DNA of 64,000 nucleotides from Rhizobium sp. Q54. GTDB lineage: Bacteria > Pseudomonadota > Alphaproteobacteria > UBA2966 > CAIVPW01. A program made the translations under genes and the position numbers. The notes under the pieces are model-generated. The model saw only the letters and a program-made list of their open reading frames with translations, was not told the origin of the DNA and did no database searches. Location: assembly GCA_945947575.1 (NCBI GenBank), contig CAMEYM010000019.1:578-64577 (forward strand), given 5' to 3'. Of the stretch, positions 19,253 to 27,840 are shown in pieces. The first letter of the stretch is position 1; every line of letters starts with the position of its first letter.

Positions 19253-20191
19253 TCAGGGCTTGAGCTTCTTGCGCGGGTCGTACGGGTGGCGCTTCTCCCA
19301 CTTGCTGAGCGCCTCCTCGACGTCGCCGTCGATCTCGTCGGGCAGGGTCACCAGGAGGCGCGCGACCTGGTTGCCGCCGTCCTTCTTGCCCTTGCGGCGA
19401 ATGCCTTGGCCTTTGAGACGCAGCAGCGTGCCGGTATTGGAGCCGGGCGGGATGTTGAGCGTCACCGTGCCGTGCACCGTCGGCACCTCGACCTTGGCGC
19501 CGCGCACCGCTTCGCCCACCGTCACCGGCAGGTCGATCTGGATGTCGTCGTCCTTGCGCGTGAAGAACGGGTGCGGTTTGACCGTCACGGCAATGCGCAG
19601 GTCCACGTCCTTGTCGCGCATGCGGATGGTCTGGCCGGATTCGATGCCGGGCGGGATCGACACGTCGAAGCTGCGGCCGTCCACCGTGATGCGCTTGGTG
19701 GCGCCGCGCGCGGCGTCCAAGAACTCGACCTCCATCTCGAACTCGCCGGAGGTGGAGGGCTCGGGTTGGGGCTGACGGAACGCACCGCCGGCACCGCCGC
19801 CACTGCGGAACGCCGAGAACAGGTCGTCGAAGTTGAAGCTCATGCCGAGGTCTTCGAAGCGCGGATCGCGCCCCTGGAAGCCCTGGAAGCCGCCCGGAAA
19901 TCCCTGGGGCTTGCCGCCCGGGCCCGCACCGGGCCCGGCGCCGGGGTGGAAGCCGGCGTGGACGCGCTCACGGCCATCGGCGTCGATCTCGCCCTTGTCG
20001 AAGCGCGCACGCTTCGCCTCTTCGCCGACGATGTCGTAGGCGGCGTTGATCTCCTTGAAGCGCTCCATCGCCGCCTTGTCGCCCGGCTTGCGGTCCGGGT
20101 GATTCTCTTTGGCGAGCGCGCGGTACTTCTTCTTGATGTCCGCGAGGCTCGCAGACCGCGGCACCCCTAGGACGTCGTAGGGATTGCGCAT
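19253..20191 (-). CDS. DnaJ-class chaperone (CbpA-like, no zinc finger)
   Basis: J-domain with HPD, G/F-rich linker and DnaJ C-terminal domain. Confidence 0.92.
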   Translation of the reverse strand: MRNPYDVLGVPRSASLADIKKKYRALAKENHPDRKPGDKAAMERFKEINAAYDIVGEEAKRARFDKGEIDADGRERVHAGFHPGAGPGAGPGGKPQGFPGGFQGFQGRDPRFEDLGMSFNFDDLFSAFRSGGGAGGAFRQPQPEPSTSGEFEMEVEFLDAARGATKRITVDGRSFDVSIPPGIESGQTIRMRDKDVDLRIAVTVKPHPFFTRKDDDIQIDLPVTVGEAVRGAKVEVPTVHGTVTLNIPPGSNTGTLLRLKGQGIRRKGKKDGGNQVARLLVTLPDEIDGDVEEALSKWEKRHPYDPRKKLKP

Positions 20192-20308
20192 GCTCACAAC
20201 TCCCGCTCGCGACTCTTGCTTTGCAGTTGTTTTACCAAGGTTCCACGCCAGTTTGTGTGGATTGATTTGGTGCGGGCCACGCCCGCGACAAGAGGGTCGG
20301 GGCCAAGG

Positions 20309-21478
20309 TCAGGGTACTCCCGTAGGGCGCCGCGCGGAGGTCCGGGCTGCGACGAGGCGCGTCGCCCGCTCGAACTGCTCCGGATCGAGCCGCGCCCCGG
20401 TGGCCTCCACAGCAGCGACGGCGCCGACATGGCCCTGGATGGCGGCCAGGGCCAGCCAGGCGACGGCCTCGGCCGGGTCCGCCGGGACGCCCATGCCGGC
20501 CTCGTACATGCGGCCGACCAGGAATTGGGATTCGGCGTCCCCGGCGATCGCCGCGGGCAACAAAGCCGTCATGGCGACGCCGCCGTCGCCGCGCTCGAAG
20601 GCGGCACGGCCGCGCACCAGCCGGTCGGCCGCCGCGATGCGATTGAAACCCGTGAGCGCCTCGGCGGCCTCGGCCAACAGGATGGCGGGTACGGGTGGCG
20701 TCAGGACGCCGAGGGTCGGCAGGGCCGGCGGCCCCGGTGCAGCGCCCGGCGACGCGGCGAGCCCGTCGAGGGCCGCCGCCTGCGTCAGCGCCGCGACCTC
20801 GACGTCATTGCCGACGCCGGTCAGGCCGCGCACGATCGCCCAGCTCAGTTGCACCGCCATGCGCGACTCGCGCGTCGGCGCCGGTGCGCGGGCGTCGGCG
20901 AGGCGGTTGCGAATCTGCGTGATGCGCGCGACGGCGGTGCTCTGTCCGTTTTCGGCGGCGAGCACGAACCAGCCGAGCGCCGTGCGGTCGTCCTGCTCGA
21001 CGCCGATACCGCGCTCATACAGCAGTCCAAGATTGAGTTGGGCGGGGCCATAGCCTTGTGCGGCCGCGCGCGTCAGCCACGCGCCCGCCGCGACGTAGTC
21101 GGACGGCAGGCCATCGCCGGCGAGATACATCATGGCGACCGAATTGGCCGCCGGCGCGTTGCCGGCCTCGGCCGCCAGCCGGTACCAGTAGAACGCGGCG
21201 CCGAGGTCGAGCGTGACGCCGCGCCCGGTCTGGTGCAGCAATCCGAGATTGCGCTGGGCCTCGACGTCGCCGCTTTGTGCGAGCGGCAGCCACGCGGCGT
21301 AGGCCGTGGCGAACTCGCCGGCTTCAAATGCCGCGACCCCGGCATTGTAGGCGGACGTCTCGTCCGCCGATGCCGGGGTCGCGATAAACAGCGCCACGAT
21401 CGTGAGCGCGGTACCAAGCCCAAAGGACTTACTCGTCCGCGCCCAGGTCGCAACTCGACTGGGGCGGGTCGTCATCAT
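20309..21478 (-). CDS. Secreted Sel1-repeat protein
   Basis: Signal peptide; repeated AQxNLG/G.GV..D...A..W motifs. Confidence 0.85.
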   Translation of the reverse strand: MMTTRPSRVATWARTSKSFGLGTALTIVALFIATPASADETSAYNAGVAAFEAGEFATAYAAWLPLAQSGDVEAQRNLGLLHQTGRGVTLDLGAAFYWYRLAAEAGNAPAANSVAMMYLAGDGLPSDYVAAGAWLTRAAAQGYGPAQLNLGLLYERGIGVEQDDRTALGWFVLAAENGQSTAVARITQIRNRLADARAPAPTRESRMAVQLSWAIVRGLTGVGNDVEVAALTQAAALDGLAASPGAAPGPPALPTLGVLTPPVPAILLAEAAEALTGFNRIAAADRLVRGRAAFERGDGGVAMTALLPAAIAGDAESQFLVGRMYEAGMGVPADPAEAVAWLALAAIQGHVGAVAAVEATGARLDPEQFERATRLVAARTSARRPTGVP

Positions 21479-21529
21479 GATTCGATCAGATGCGGAAGCT
21501 CGCCGTTGACCGTCGTACTACTGGATCTT

Positions 21530-21988
21530 CTACGCGCCGTCCGGCTGACGGCACGCGGTGCCATAAGCCTCCTGCGTCTGGCCACCGACGGTGACCGTCT
21601 GCTGGTACTCACGGCAATAGGTGCCGGCACGCGGCTCCGTCGTGTTCAGCGGCGTGATCGTGCCGTAGTGCCCGTTGTCCGGGTTACGCCACGTCGTCGT
21701 CGTGTTGCGTGGAGTTTCGTTCAGTGCATGTTCGGTCGTCTGAGACATCAGACGGCGATCTACCGCATCCATCGAACGGCCAAGTTCACCGCCGACCGCG
21801 GCACCAAGCAGGGTGCCGACGCCGACGGCCGCGAGCTGGCCGGTACCGCGTCCAAATTGCGCGCCGGCGAGACCGCCGGCGATGGCGCCAAGAATGGTGC
21901 CCGCCTGCTGGTTTTCGCCGCCGCTGCAGCCAGCGAGCGTCGCGGTCATCAGCACCGCGGCCGTGGCTGCCTTCAGGGTGTGCTTCAC
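21530..21988 (-). CDS. Glycine-zipper outer-membrane lipoprotein (RT0821/Lpp0805, 17-kDa antigen type); stop may be premature by 4 codons
   Basis: LAGC lipobox, GAIAGGLAG zipper, WRNPD and CREYQQ...ACRQPDG motifs. Confidence 0.9.
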   Translation of the reverse strand: MKHTLKAATAAVLMTATLAGCSGGENQQAGTILGAIAGGLAGAQFGRGTGQLAAVGVGTLLGAAVGGELGRSMDAVDRRLMSQTTEHALNETPRNTTTTWRNPDNGHYGTITPLNTTEPRAGTYCREYQQTVTVGGQTQEAYGTACRQPDGA

Positions 21989-22164
21989 GGAATTGCCTCT
22001 ACGATTTGGGTTAGTCATCCCCCGAGGCGATAATAGCGCGGCTTGCGGTTTCCGGCACCCTAACGCCGTGCCGTGGGTTAGGCCGTGGGTTAGTGCGTCA
22101 CCGGCCAAAGCATGTACAATTCCGCCTTCTTCCCGCCCACTTTCTTACCGAACTGGCACTGATC

Positions 22165-22755
22165 ATGGCGCAAGCGGAAGCCGCCGATCCCATTGCGCTG
22201 TTCGCGACCTGGATGGCCGAGGCCGAGAAGGCCGATCCCATCAATCCGAACGCCGCCGCGCTCGCCACGGCGGACGCGGCCGGCGTGCCGTCGGTGCGCA
22301 TGGTGCTGCTCAAGGGCTTCGATGCGCGCGGGTTCGCCTTCTATACGAACCTCGAGAGCCAGAAGGGCGGCGAGCTTGCCGCCAACCCCAACGCCGCGAT
22401 GTGCTTCTTCTGGCGGCCCCTTGGCCGCCAGGTGCGGGTCGCCGGGCCGGTGGAAGCCGTGACGGCGGCCGAGGCCGACGAGTACTTCCAAAGCCGTCCG
22501 CGCGCCTCGCGCATCGGCGCGTGGGCGTCGCAGCAGTCGCGGCGGCTGACCGCCCGCTTCGAGCTCGAACGGGCGGTGGCCGCCTTTACGGCCAAGTACG
22601 CGGTCGGCGAGGTGCCCCGCCCCGGGTACTGGTCGGGCTTCCGCATCGTACCGCGCTCGATCGAATTCTGGCGCGAGCGGCCCTTCCGTCTGCATGAGCG
22701 CGTGGTATATCGACGCACGCTAGGCGGATGGCAAACCGAGGAACTCTTCCCGTGA
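22165..22755 (+). CDS. pdxH: Pyridoxamine 5'-phosphate oxidase
   Basis: RMVLLK, FYTN, YFQSRPR, WASQQS and [11 protein letters not shown] motifs. Confidence 0.96.
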   Translation: MAQAEAADPIALFATWMAEAEKADPINPNAAALATADAAGVPSVRMVLLKGFDARGFAFYTNLESQKGGELAANPNAAMCFFWRPLGRQVRVAGPVEAVTAAEADEYFQSRPRASRIGAWASQQSRRLTARFELERAVAAFTAKYAVGEVPRPGYWSGFRIVPRSIEFWRERPFRLHERVVYRRTLGGWQTEELFP

Positions 22756-23726
22756 CGACGGACAGCGCCCCCTTGTCTGCGAACACTTCGCAACCCGCAC
22801 CCGGCGCGGTGCCAACCAAGCGGCTGACCGCAGGCACGACCGAAGCGCATCTGGTGCGCAGCGCGAGCTACGCGTCGTTCGTGGTCGCCGTGATCCTGAT
22901 CGTCACCAAGCTGATGGCGTGGCGCATGACCGGATCGGTGTCGCTGCTCGGCTCGTTGCTCGATTCGAGCCTCGACCTGATGGCGTCAACCATCGGCATG
23001 TTCGCCGTGCGCCAGGCGTTGGTGCCGGCCGACCGCGAGCACCGCTTCGGCCACGGCAAAGCCGAGGCTCTGGCGGCGCTCGGACAGGGGCTGTTCGTTG
23101 GCGCATCCGCGGTGGCGTTGCTGTTCGAGGCGGGCCACCGGATCATCATGCCGCGCTTCGTCGATGCCGGCGGCTGGGCGGTGGCCGTGATGGCGCTGTC
23201 GTTGGTGCTGACGATCATCCTGGTCCGCTATCAGCGGTTCGTCGTCGAGCGCACCGGCTCCGTGGCGATCTCCGCCGATTCGCTGCACTACTCCACCGAC
23301 ATCCTCATCAACGGCACCATCCTGGTCGGCCTCGCGGCCGTCGCGGGTCTTGGCTGGACGCTGCTCGATCCGCTGCTCGCCATCGCCGTGGCGATCTACT
23401 TGTTCTATTCGGCCTGGCGGATCGCCAAGGTTTCGTTCGACCACCTGATGGACCGCGAGTTGGACGACGCGACGCGCAAGACGATCCGCGAGATCGTCCT
23501 GTCGCACAAAGAGGTGCGCGCCATGCACGACCTGCGCACGCGCTCGTCCGGCATGCAGTCGTTCATCCAGTTCCACCTTGAGCTCGATGGCAACCTCACC
23601 CTATTGCAGGCGCATCGCATCTCGGACGAGGTCGAGCACATGGTGAACGCCAAGTTTCCCGCCGCCGAGGTTCTCATCCACGAGGATCCGGCCGGCCTCC
23701 GCGAACCGCGCCTCAGCTTCGCGTGA
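22752..23726 (+). CDS. fieF: Cation diffusion facilitator (FieF-like)
   Basis: [20 protein letters not shown] and HDLRTR motifs. Confidence 0.9.
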   Translation: MTTDSAPLSANTSQPAPGAVPTKRLTAGTTEAHLVRSASYASFVVAVILIVTKLMAWRMTGSVSLLGSLLDSSLDLMASTIGMFAVRQALVPADREHRFGHGKAEALAALGQGLFVGASAVALLFEAGHRIIMPRFVDAGGWAVAVMALSLVLTIILVRYQRFVVERTGSVAISADSLHYSTDILINGTILVGLAAVAGLGWTLLDPLLAIAVAIYLFYSAWRIAKVSFDHLMDRELDDATRKTIREIVLSHKEVRAMHDLRTRSSGMQSFIQFHLELDGNLTLLQAHRISDEVEHMVNAKFPAAEVLIHEDPAGLREPRLSFA

Positions 23727-23755
23727 GCTGGGCCTGCTGACCGGCGGCGGCGCCG

Positions 23756-25288
23756 TTGCCGGAGTCTCAGGCCGAGGTCATCGCGTTCCTCTCTGATCCC
23801 GCGACTCACGCGGGGCGGCCCGTCCAGCGCTTCGACACGCACGCGTCCGTCGTGTTCCTGGCGGGTGGCGACGCGCTCAAGCTGAAGCGGGCCGTGCGCT
23901 ACCCGTATCTCGACTTCTCCACCGTCGAAAAACGCCACGCGGCGGCGTTGGCCGAGCTCGCCGCGAACCGCGCGGCCGCGCCGCAGATCTACCTTGGGCT
24001 GCTGGCGGTGACACGCGCCCCCAGCGGCGCGCTGCAGCTCGGCGGCGATGGCCCGGCCATCGACTGGCTGGTGCACATGCGCCGCTTCGACGAGAACTCG
24101 ACGTTCGATGCTCTCGCGGCGCGCGGCGAGCTCACGGCCGACCGCATCGACCGCACCGCCGATGCCATCGCAGCGCTGCATGCCGTTGCGCCGGTGCGGC
24201 GGGAGGCGTCCGCATCGGCCTCGGCAGCCGAGCTTGCTGCCGAGAATGCCGCGCTGCTGGCGGCCGCGCCCAGCGGTGCGCTGGATCCGGTACAGGTCGG
24301 CGAGTTGCGCCGGCGCACGCAGGCGGCGGTTCAGTCCGTCGCACCGTTGCTGGATCGCCGGCGGGCGGACGGCACCGTGCGGCGCGGCCACGGCGACCTG
24401 CACCTGCGCAATGTGTGCCTGGCCGATGGCGTGCCGACCCTCTTCGATGCCCTGGAGTTCGACGAGCGCCTCGCCACCACGGACGTCCTGTATGACGTCG
24501 CCTTCCTGCTCATGGACCTTTGGCACCGCGGCCTGCGCGACCTCGCCAATCGTCTGCTGAACCGTTACCTCGAGCGCACCCGCGACCTCGATGGCCTGGC
24601 GGCGCTGCCGTTGTTCCTGTCGCTGCGCGCCACGATCCGCGCCCATGTCGCGCTGGCAGCGGGCGGGCAGGGCGTCGATGCCGCTGGCGCCGTGCGGGAG
24701 GCGCGCTCCTACCTCGGCCTTGCGGTCGAGTTGCTCGCCTCCGCGCCACCCATGCTCGTGGCGATCGGCGGCTGGTCGGGCACCGGCAAGACGACCCAGG
24801 CGCGCCTGCTCGCACCCGCCATCGGACGGCCGCCGGGTGCCGTCATCCTGCGCAGCGACGTGACGCGCAAGCGCCTCTTGGGTGCGCCCGAGCTGCGGCG
24901 CCTGGGGCCCGAGGGCTACGTCGCGCCGGTGACCGAGCGGGTCTACGCAGAACTGGTACGCGACGCCGGCCGCTGCCTGCGCGGTGGCCAGGCCGTGATC
25001 CTCGACGCGGTCAGCGCCCGGCCGGCCGAGCGCGCCGCCTTCGCCGCAGCCGCGGCGGCACTACAGGTGCCGTTCCGGGGGTTCTGGCTGGAGGCCGGCA
25101 CCGCCGCGCGCGTCGATCGCGTTGACGGGCGGCGTGGCGATGCTTCGGACGCCGACGCAGCGCTGGCGCGCCGGCAAGAGTCGTTCGATCCAGGTCCGAT
25201 CGAATGGCAGCGCATCGATGCCGCCGGCGAACCAACCCGAATCGCTGCCGGCATTGCAGCGCGTCTTAAGGCCGAGCCCAAGCCATGA
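23756..25288 (+). CDS. Bifunctional aminoglycoside-phosphotransferase-like / P-loop kinase protein
   Basis: HGDLHLRN, DALEFD, GWSGTGKT and SDVTRKRL motifs. Confidence 0.9.
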   Translation: MPESQAEVIAFLSDPATHAGRPVQRFDTHASVVFLAGGDALKLKRAVRYPYLDFSTVEKRHAAALAELAANRAAAPQIYLGLLAVTRAPSGALQLGGDGPAIDWLVHMRRFDENSTFDALAARGELTADRIDRTADAIAALHAVAPVRREASASASAAELAAENAALLAAAPSGALDPVQVGELRRRTQAAVQSVAPLLDRRRADGTVRRGHGDLHLRNVCLADGVPTLFDALEFDERLATTDVLYDVAFLLMDLWHRGLRDLANRLLNRYLERTRDLDGLAALPLFLSLRATIRAHVALAAGGQGVDAAGAVREARSYLGLAVELLASAPPMLVAIGGWSGTGKTTQARLLAPAIGRPPGAVILRSDVTRKRLLGAPELRRLGPEGYVAPVTERVYAELVRDAGRCLRGGQAVILDAVSARPAERAAFAAAAAALQVPFRGFWLEAGTAARVDRVDGRRGDASDADAALARRQESFDPGPIEWQRIDAAGEPTRIAAGIAARLKAEPKP

Positions 25289-25818
25289 CGCTGACCGTTC
25301 TCCATGACGAGCACGCCATTGCCGGGCGCGTCGCCGACCTGGCACAGCGCATCGCCGCCAGCGTGCCCGCGGACCTTCTCATCGTCGGCGTCCTCAAGGG
25401 CGCCTTCGTGTTCGTCGCCGACCTGGTGCGCGCCCTGGATCGCCTCGGCGTCACGCCCGAGGTCGAGTTCATGCGCCTTTCCAGCTACGGGCGCTCGCGC
25501 GAGAGCGCCGGCAGCGTCCGCTTGCTCGGCGAGCCGCCGGCCGCTATTTCCGGCCGCACGGTGCTGGTGGTCGATGACATCGCCGACACAGGCGTATCAT
25601 TGGACTTCGCGCGCCGGTTCTTCGCCGAGCGCGGCGCGGCGCGCGTGATGACCTGCGTTCTGCTCGACAAGCCGAGCCGCCGTCGTGTCGCCTTCGTGCC
25701 GGAGTTCGTCGGCTTCGCCGTCGCCGACGTGTTCGTCGTCGGATATGGCCTCGACGATGCGGAACGCTACCGGCACCTGCCGTACCTCGCCACGGTCGAC
25801 GGGGACGCCAACAGGTAG
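25285..25818 (+). CDS. hpt: Hypoxanthine phosphoribosyltransferase
   Basis: LKGAFVF, SSY, VVDDIADTG and VVGYGLD motifs. Confidence 0.93.
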   Translation: MTLTVLHDEHAIAGRVADLAQRIAASVPADLLIVGVLKGAFVFVADLVRALDRLGVTPEVEFMRLSSYGRSRESAGSVRLLGEPPAAISGRTVLVVDDIADTGVSLDFARRFFAERGAARVMTCVLLDKPSRRRVAFVPEFVGFAVADVFVVGYGLDDAERYRHLPYLATVDGDANR

Positions 25819-25997
25819 GGCCAAGTATCGCCGACAGTCTTCAAGCTGGAGATTGGCGGCAGTACTGTTGCTCTTCTGTCGCGCCGCGCAACAAAATGGT
25901 CAAGAAACGCGGCCTCCGAGCAACGGAAAGAAGAAATTTTCCGCTTTCTTGAAATTCGCGTTGAAACCACCGGAGGGCCGTACTTATCCTTCGAGGT

Positions 25998-27302
25998 ATG
26001 CAATATCGGGTAGTAGCATTCCTTTTGTTCGCCGCCCTGCCGGGCACGGTCCACGCCGCCATCACCGATGGCCTTGCCGCCCAGACCGGGCAGACCGCCG
26101 CCGGCGGCCAATACACACAGCAGTTCCAAGAGTGGATGCAGCGCGCCCAGGCGGGGGACGCCCGGTCGCAATACAACGTCGCTCTGATGTACGAAGGCGG
26201 GTTCGGCGTGAAGCAGGACTTCACCGAGGCGCTGCGCTGGTACCGCCTCGCCGCCGCCCAACAGCACGCGGATGCCGAGCGCTCGCTCGGCCTGATGCTC
26301 GAGTTCGGCCGCGGCGTCGAGCACAACCCCGTCGAGGCCTCCCGCTACTACTTGCTTTCCGCGCAGCACGGCAATGCCAAGGCTGCCTTCAACCTTGGCA
26401 ACTGCTATCGGCTGGGCGTCGGCGTGGAGCGCAACGACGCCGAGGCCGTGCGCTGGTATCTGGTCGCCGCCGAGGGCGGAGAAATCGATGGACAGGTCGC
26501 GGTCGGCGTGATGTACGGCTTGGGCCGCGGTGTCGCACGCGACATCGTCGAGGCCGTTAAGTGGTATCGCATCGCCGCCGAAGGCGGCGATGCCCGCGCC
26601 CAGTTCAATTTGGGTCTCAGCCACGAGCGCGGCGACGGTGTCCCGCAGGATTTCGGCGCAGCGTTGCGCTGGTACCGGGCTGCGGCCGAGCAGGGCGACG
26701 CCACCGGCTTGCGCGCTGTCGGTGTCATGTATGCGCTTGGCCGCGGCGTGACGCGCGATCCCGGCGAGGCCGCGCGCTGGTATCTCATGGCCGCCGAAAA
26801 GGGCGACCCGATCGCGCAGTTCAACCTGGCGGCAGCGTTCGAGACGGGCCGCGGCGTCGACCTGAATCAGGTGCAGGCCGTGCACTGGTACCGCAAGGCC
26901 GGCGAGCAGGGCATCGCCAACGCCCAGTACAACCTCGGCGTCGCCTACGAGTCGGGCACCATGGGCGTCACCAAGGATCTCGGCGAGGCCGTGCGCTGGT
27001 ACGGCAGGGCCGCCGATCAGGGCGATGTTGCGGCGATGGTCAAAGTGGCCGGCTTCTATGAAGCAGGCGTCGGCGTCGAGCGCGATCTCGAGCGCGCGGC
27101 ACGGTGGTTTGGCCTCGCCGCTGGACGCGGCGACTTGTTCGCCCTCGAGCGCCTCGGCGACGTGCTGTGGGCGATGGGGGACTTCGACGACGCGCGCGAA
27201 GCGTGGCGCCGCGCCGGTGGCATGACCACCGAGCAGGCCGCGGTGGCGCGCCTGCAGCGCAAGCAGGATTCGGGCCCGGAGGCGGCGGCGACCGTCAACT
27301 GA
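25998..27302 (+). CDS. Secreted Sel1-repeat protein (about 9 repeats)
   Basis: Signal peptide plus 36-aa Sel1 repeats. Confidence 0.9.
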   Translation: MQYRVVAFLLFAALPGTVHAAITDGLAAQTGQTAAGGQYTQQFQEWMQRAQAGDARSQYNVALMYEGGFGVKQDFTEALRWYRLAAAQQHADAERSLGLMLEFGRGVEHNPVEASRYYLLSAQHGNAKAAFNLGNCYRLGVGVERNDAEAVRWYLVAAEGGEIDGQVAVGVMYGLGRGVARDIVEAVKWYRIAAEGGDARAQFNLGLSHERGDGVPQDFGAALRWYRAAAEQGDATGLRAVGVMYALGRGVTRDPGEAARWYLMAAEKGDPIAQFNLAAAFETGRGVDLNQVQAVHWYRKAGEQGIANAQYNLGVAYESGTMGVTKDLGEAVRWYGRAADQGDVAAMVKVAGFYEAGVGVERDLERAARWFGLAAGRGDLFALERLGDVLWAMGDFDDAREAWRRAGGMTTEQAAVARLQRKQDSGPEAAATVN

Positions 27303-27475
27303 CGGCGCAGCGGCGGCAAACGCGCGCGGCTCAGGCCGCTCGCGCTGTTTGCAAGTCATTCGCATTCCCCTTGCTAAGTCCCTGCTTCCCCACCCATACT
27401 CGCCGCGAAACTGGGCGTTGGGCTAAGACCTCGGCATCGTGCGGGGCGGGCGCTCGGATCTTGGAGGCTCCTACA

Positions 27476-27721
27476 ATGAACAAGATGATTGCAGCCGTTC
27501 TCGCCGTGGGCATGATGATTTTCGCCGGCGTCGCTTCGGCGGCCGACGTTAAGGGCGCGATCACCGCGGTGAACGCCCAGGCCCGCACCGTCACCATCAG
27601 TGGCGTGACCTACACGTTCCCGGCCGCCGTCGACATGGCTGGCCTGGCCGTTGGTCAGACCGTCACCCTGGCCTACACCACCGCTGGCACCGTCAACACG
27701 GTGTCCAAGGTCACGAAGTAA
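27476..27721 (+). CDS. Small secreted DUF1344-like protein, copy 1
   Basis: GGAGG RBS, signal peptide ending ASA, mature ADVKGAITAVN...TYTFP...GLAVGQTV. Confidence 0.88.
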   Translation: MNKMIAAVLAVGMMIFAGVASAADVKGAITAVNAQARTVTISGVTYTFPAAVDMAGLAVGQTVTLAYTTAGTVNTVSKVTK

Positions 27722-27777
27722 GCTCGTCGTCGCGCGGTACGCGCGCCCCGGTGGGGCGACGCGACGAACGCTTCTTC

Positions 27778-27822
27778 AAAACGAACGGGCGCGCGGTTGG
27801 ACCGCGCGCCCGTTTTGTTTTT
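27778..27822. terminator. Bidirectional intrinsic terminator
   Basis: AAAACGAACGGGCGCGCGG-TTGGA-CCGCGCGCCCGTTTTGTTTTT between convergent genes. Confidence 0.8.
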
Positions 27823-27840
27823 GCGGAAGCGGCGCGCCGC

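Noticed and set aside
20309..27302. Repetitive DNA in the two Sel1 genes
   Set aside because: Explained by ordinary 36-aa Sel1 protein repeats.
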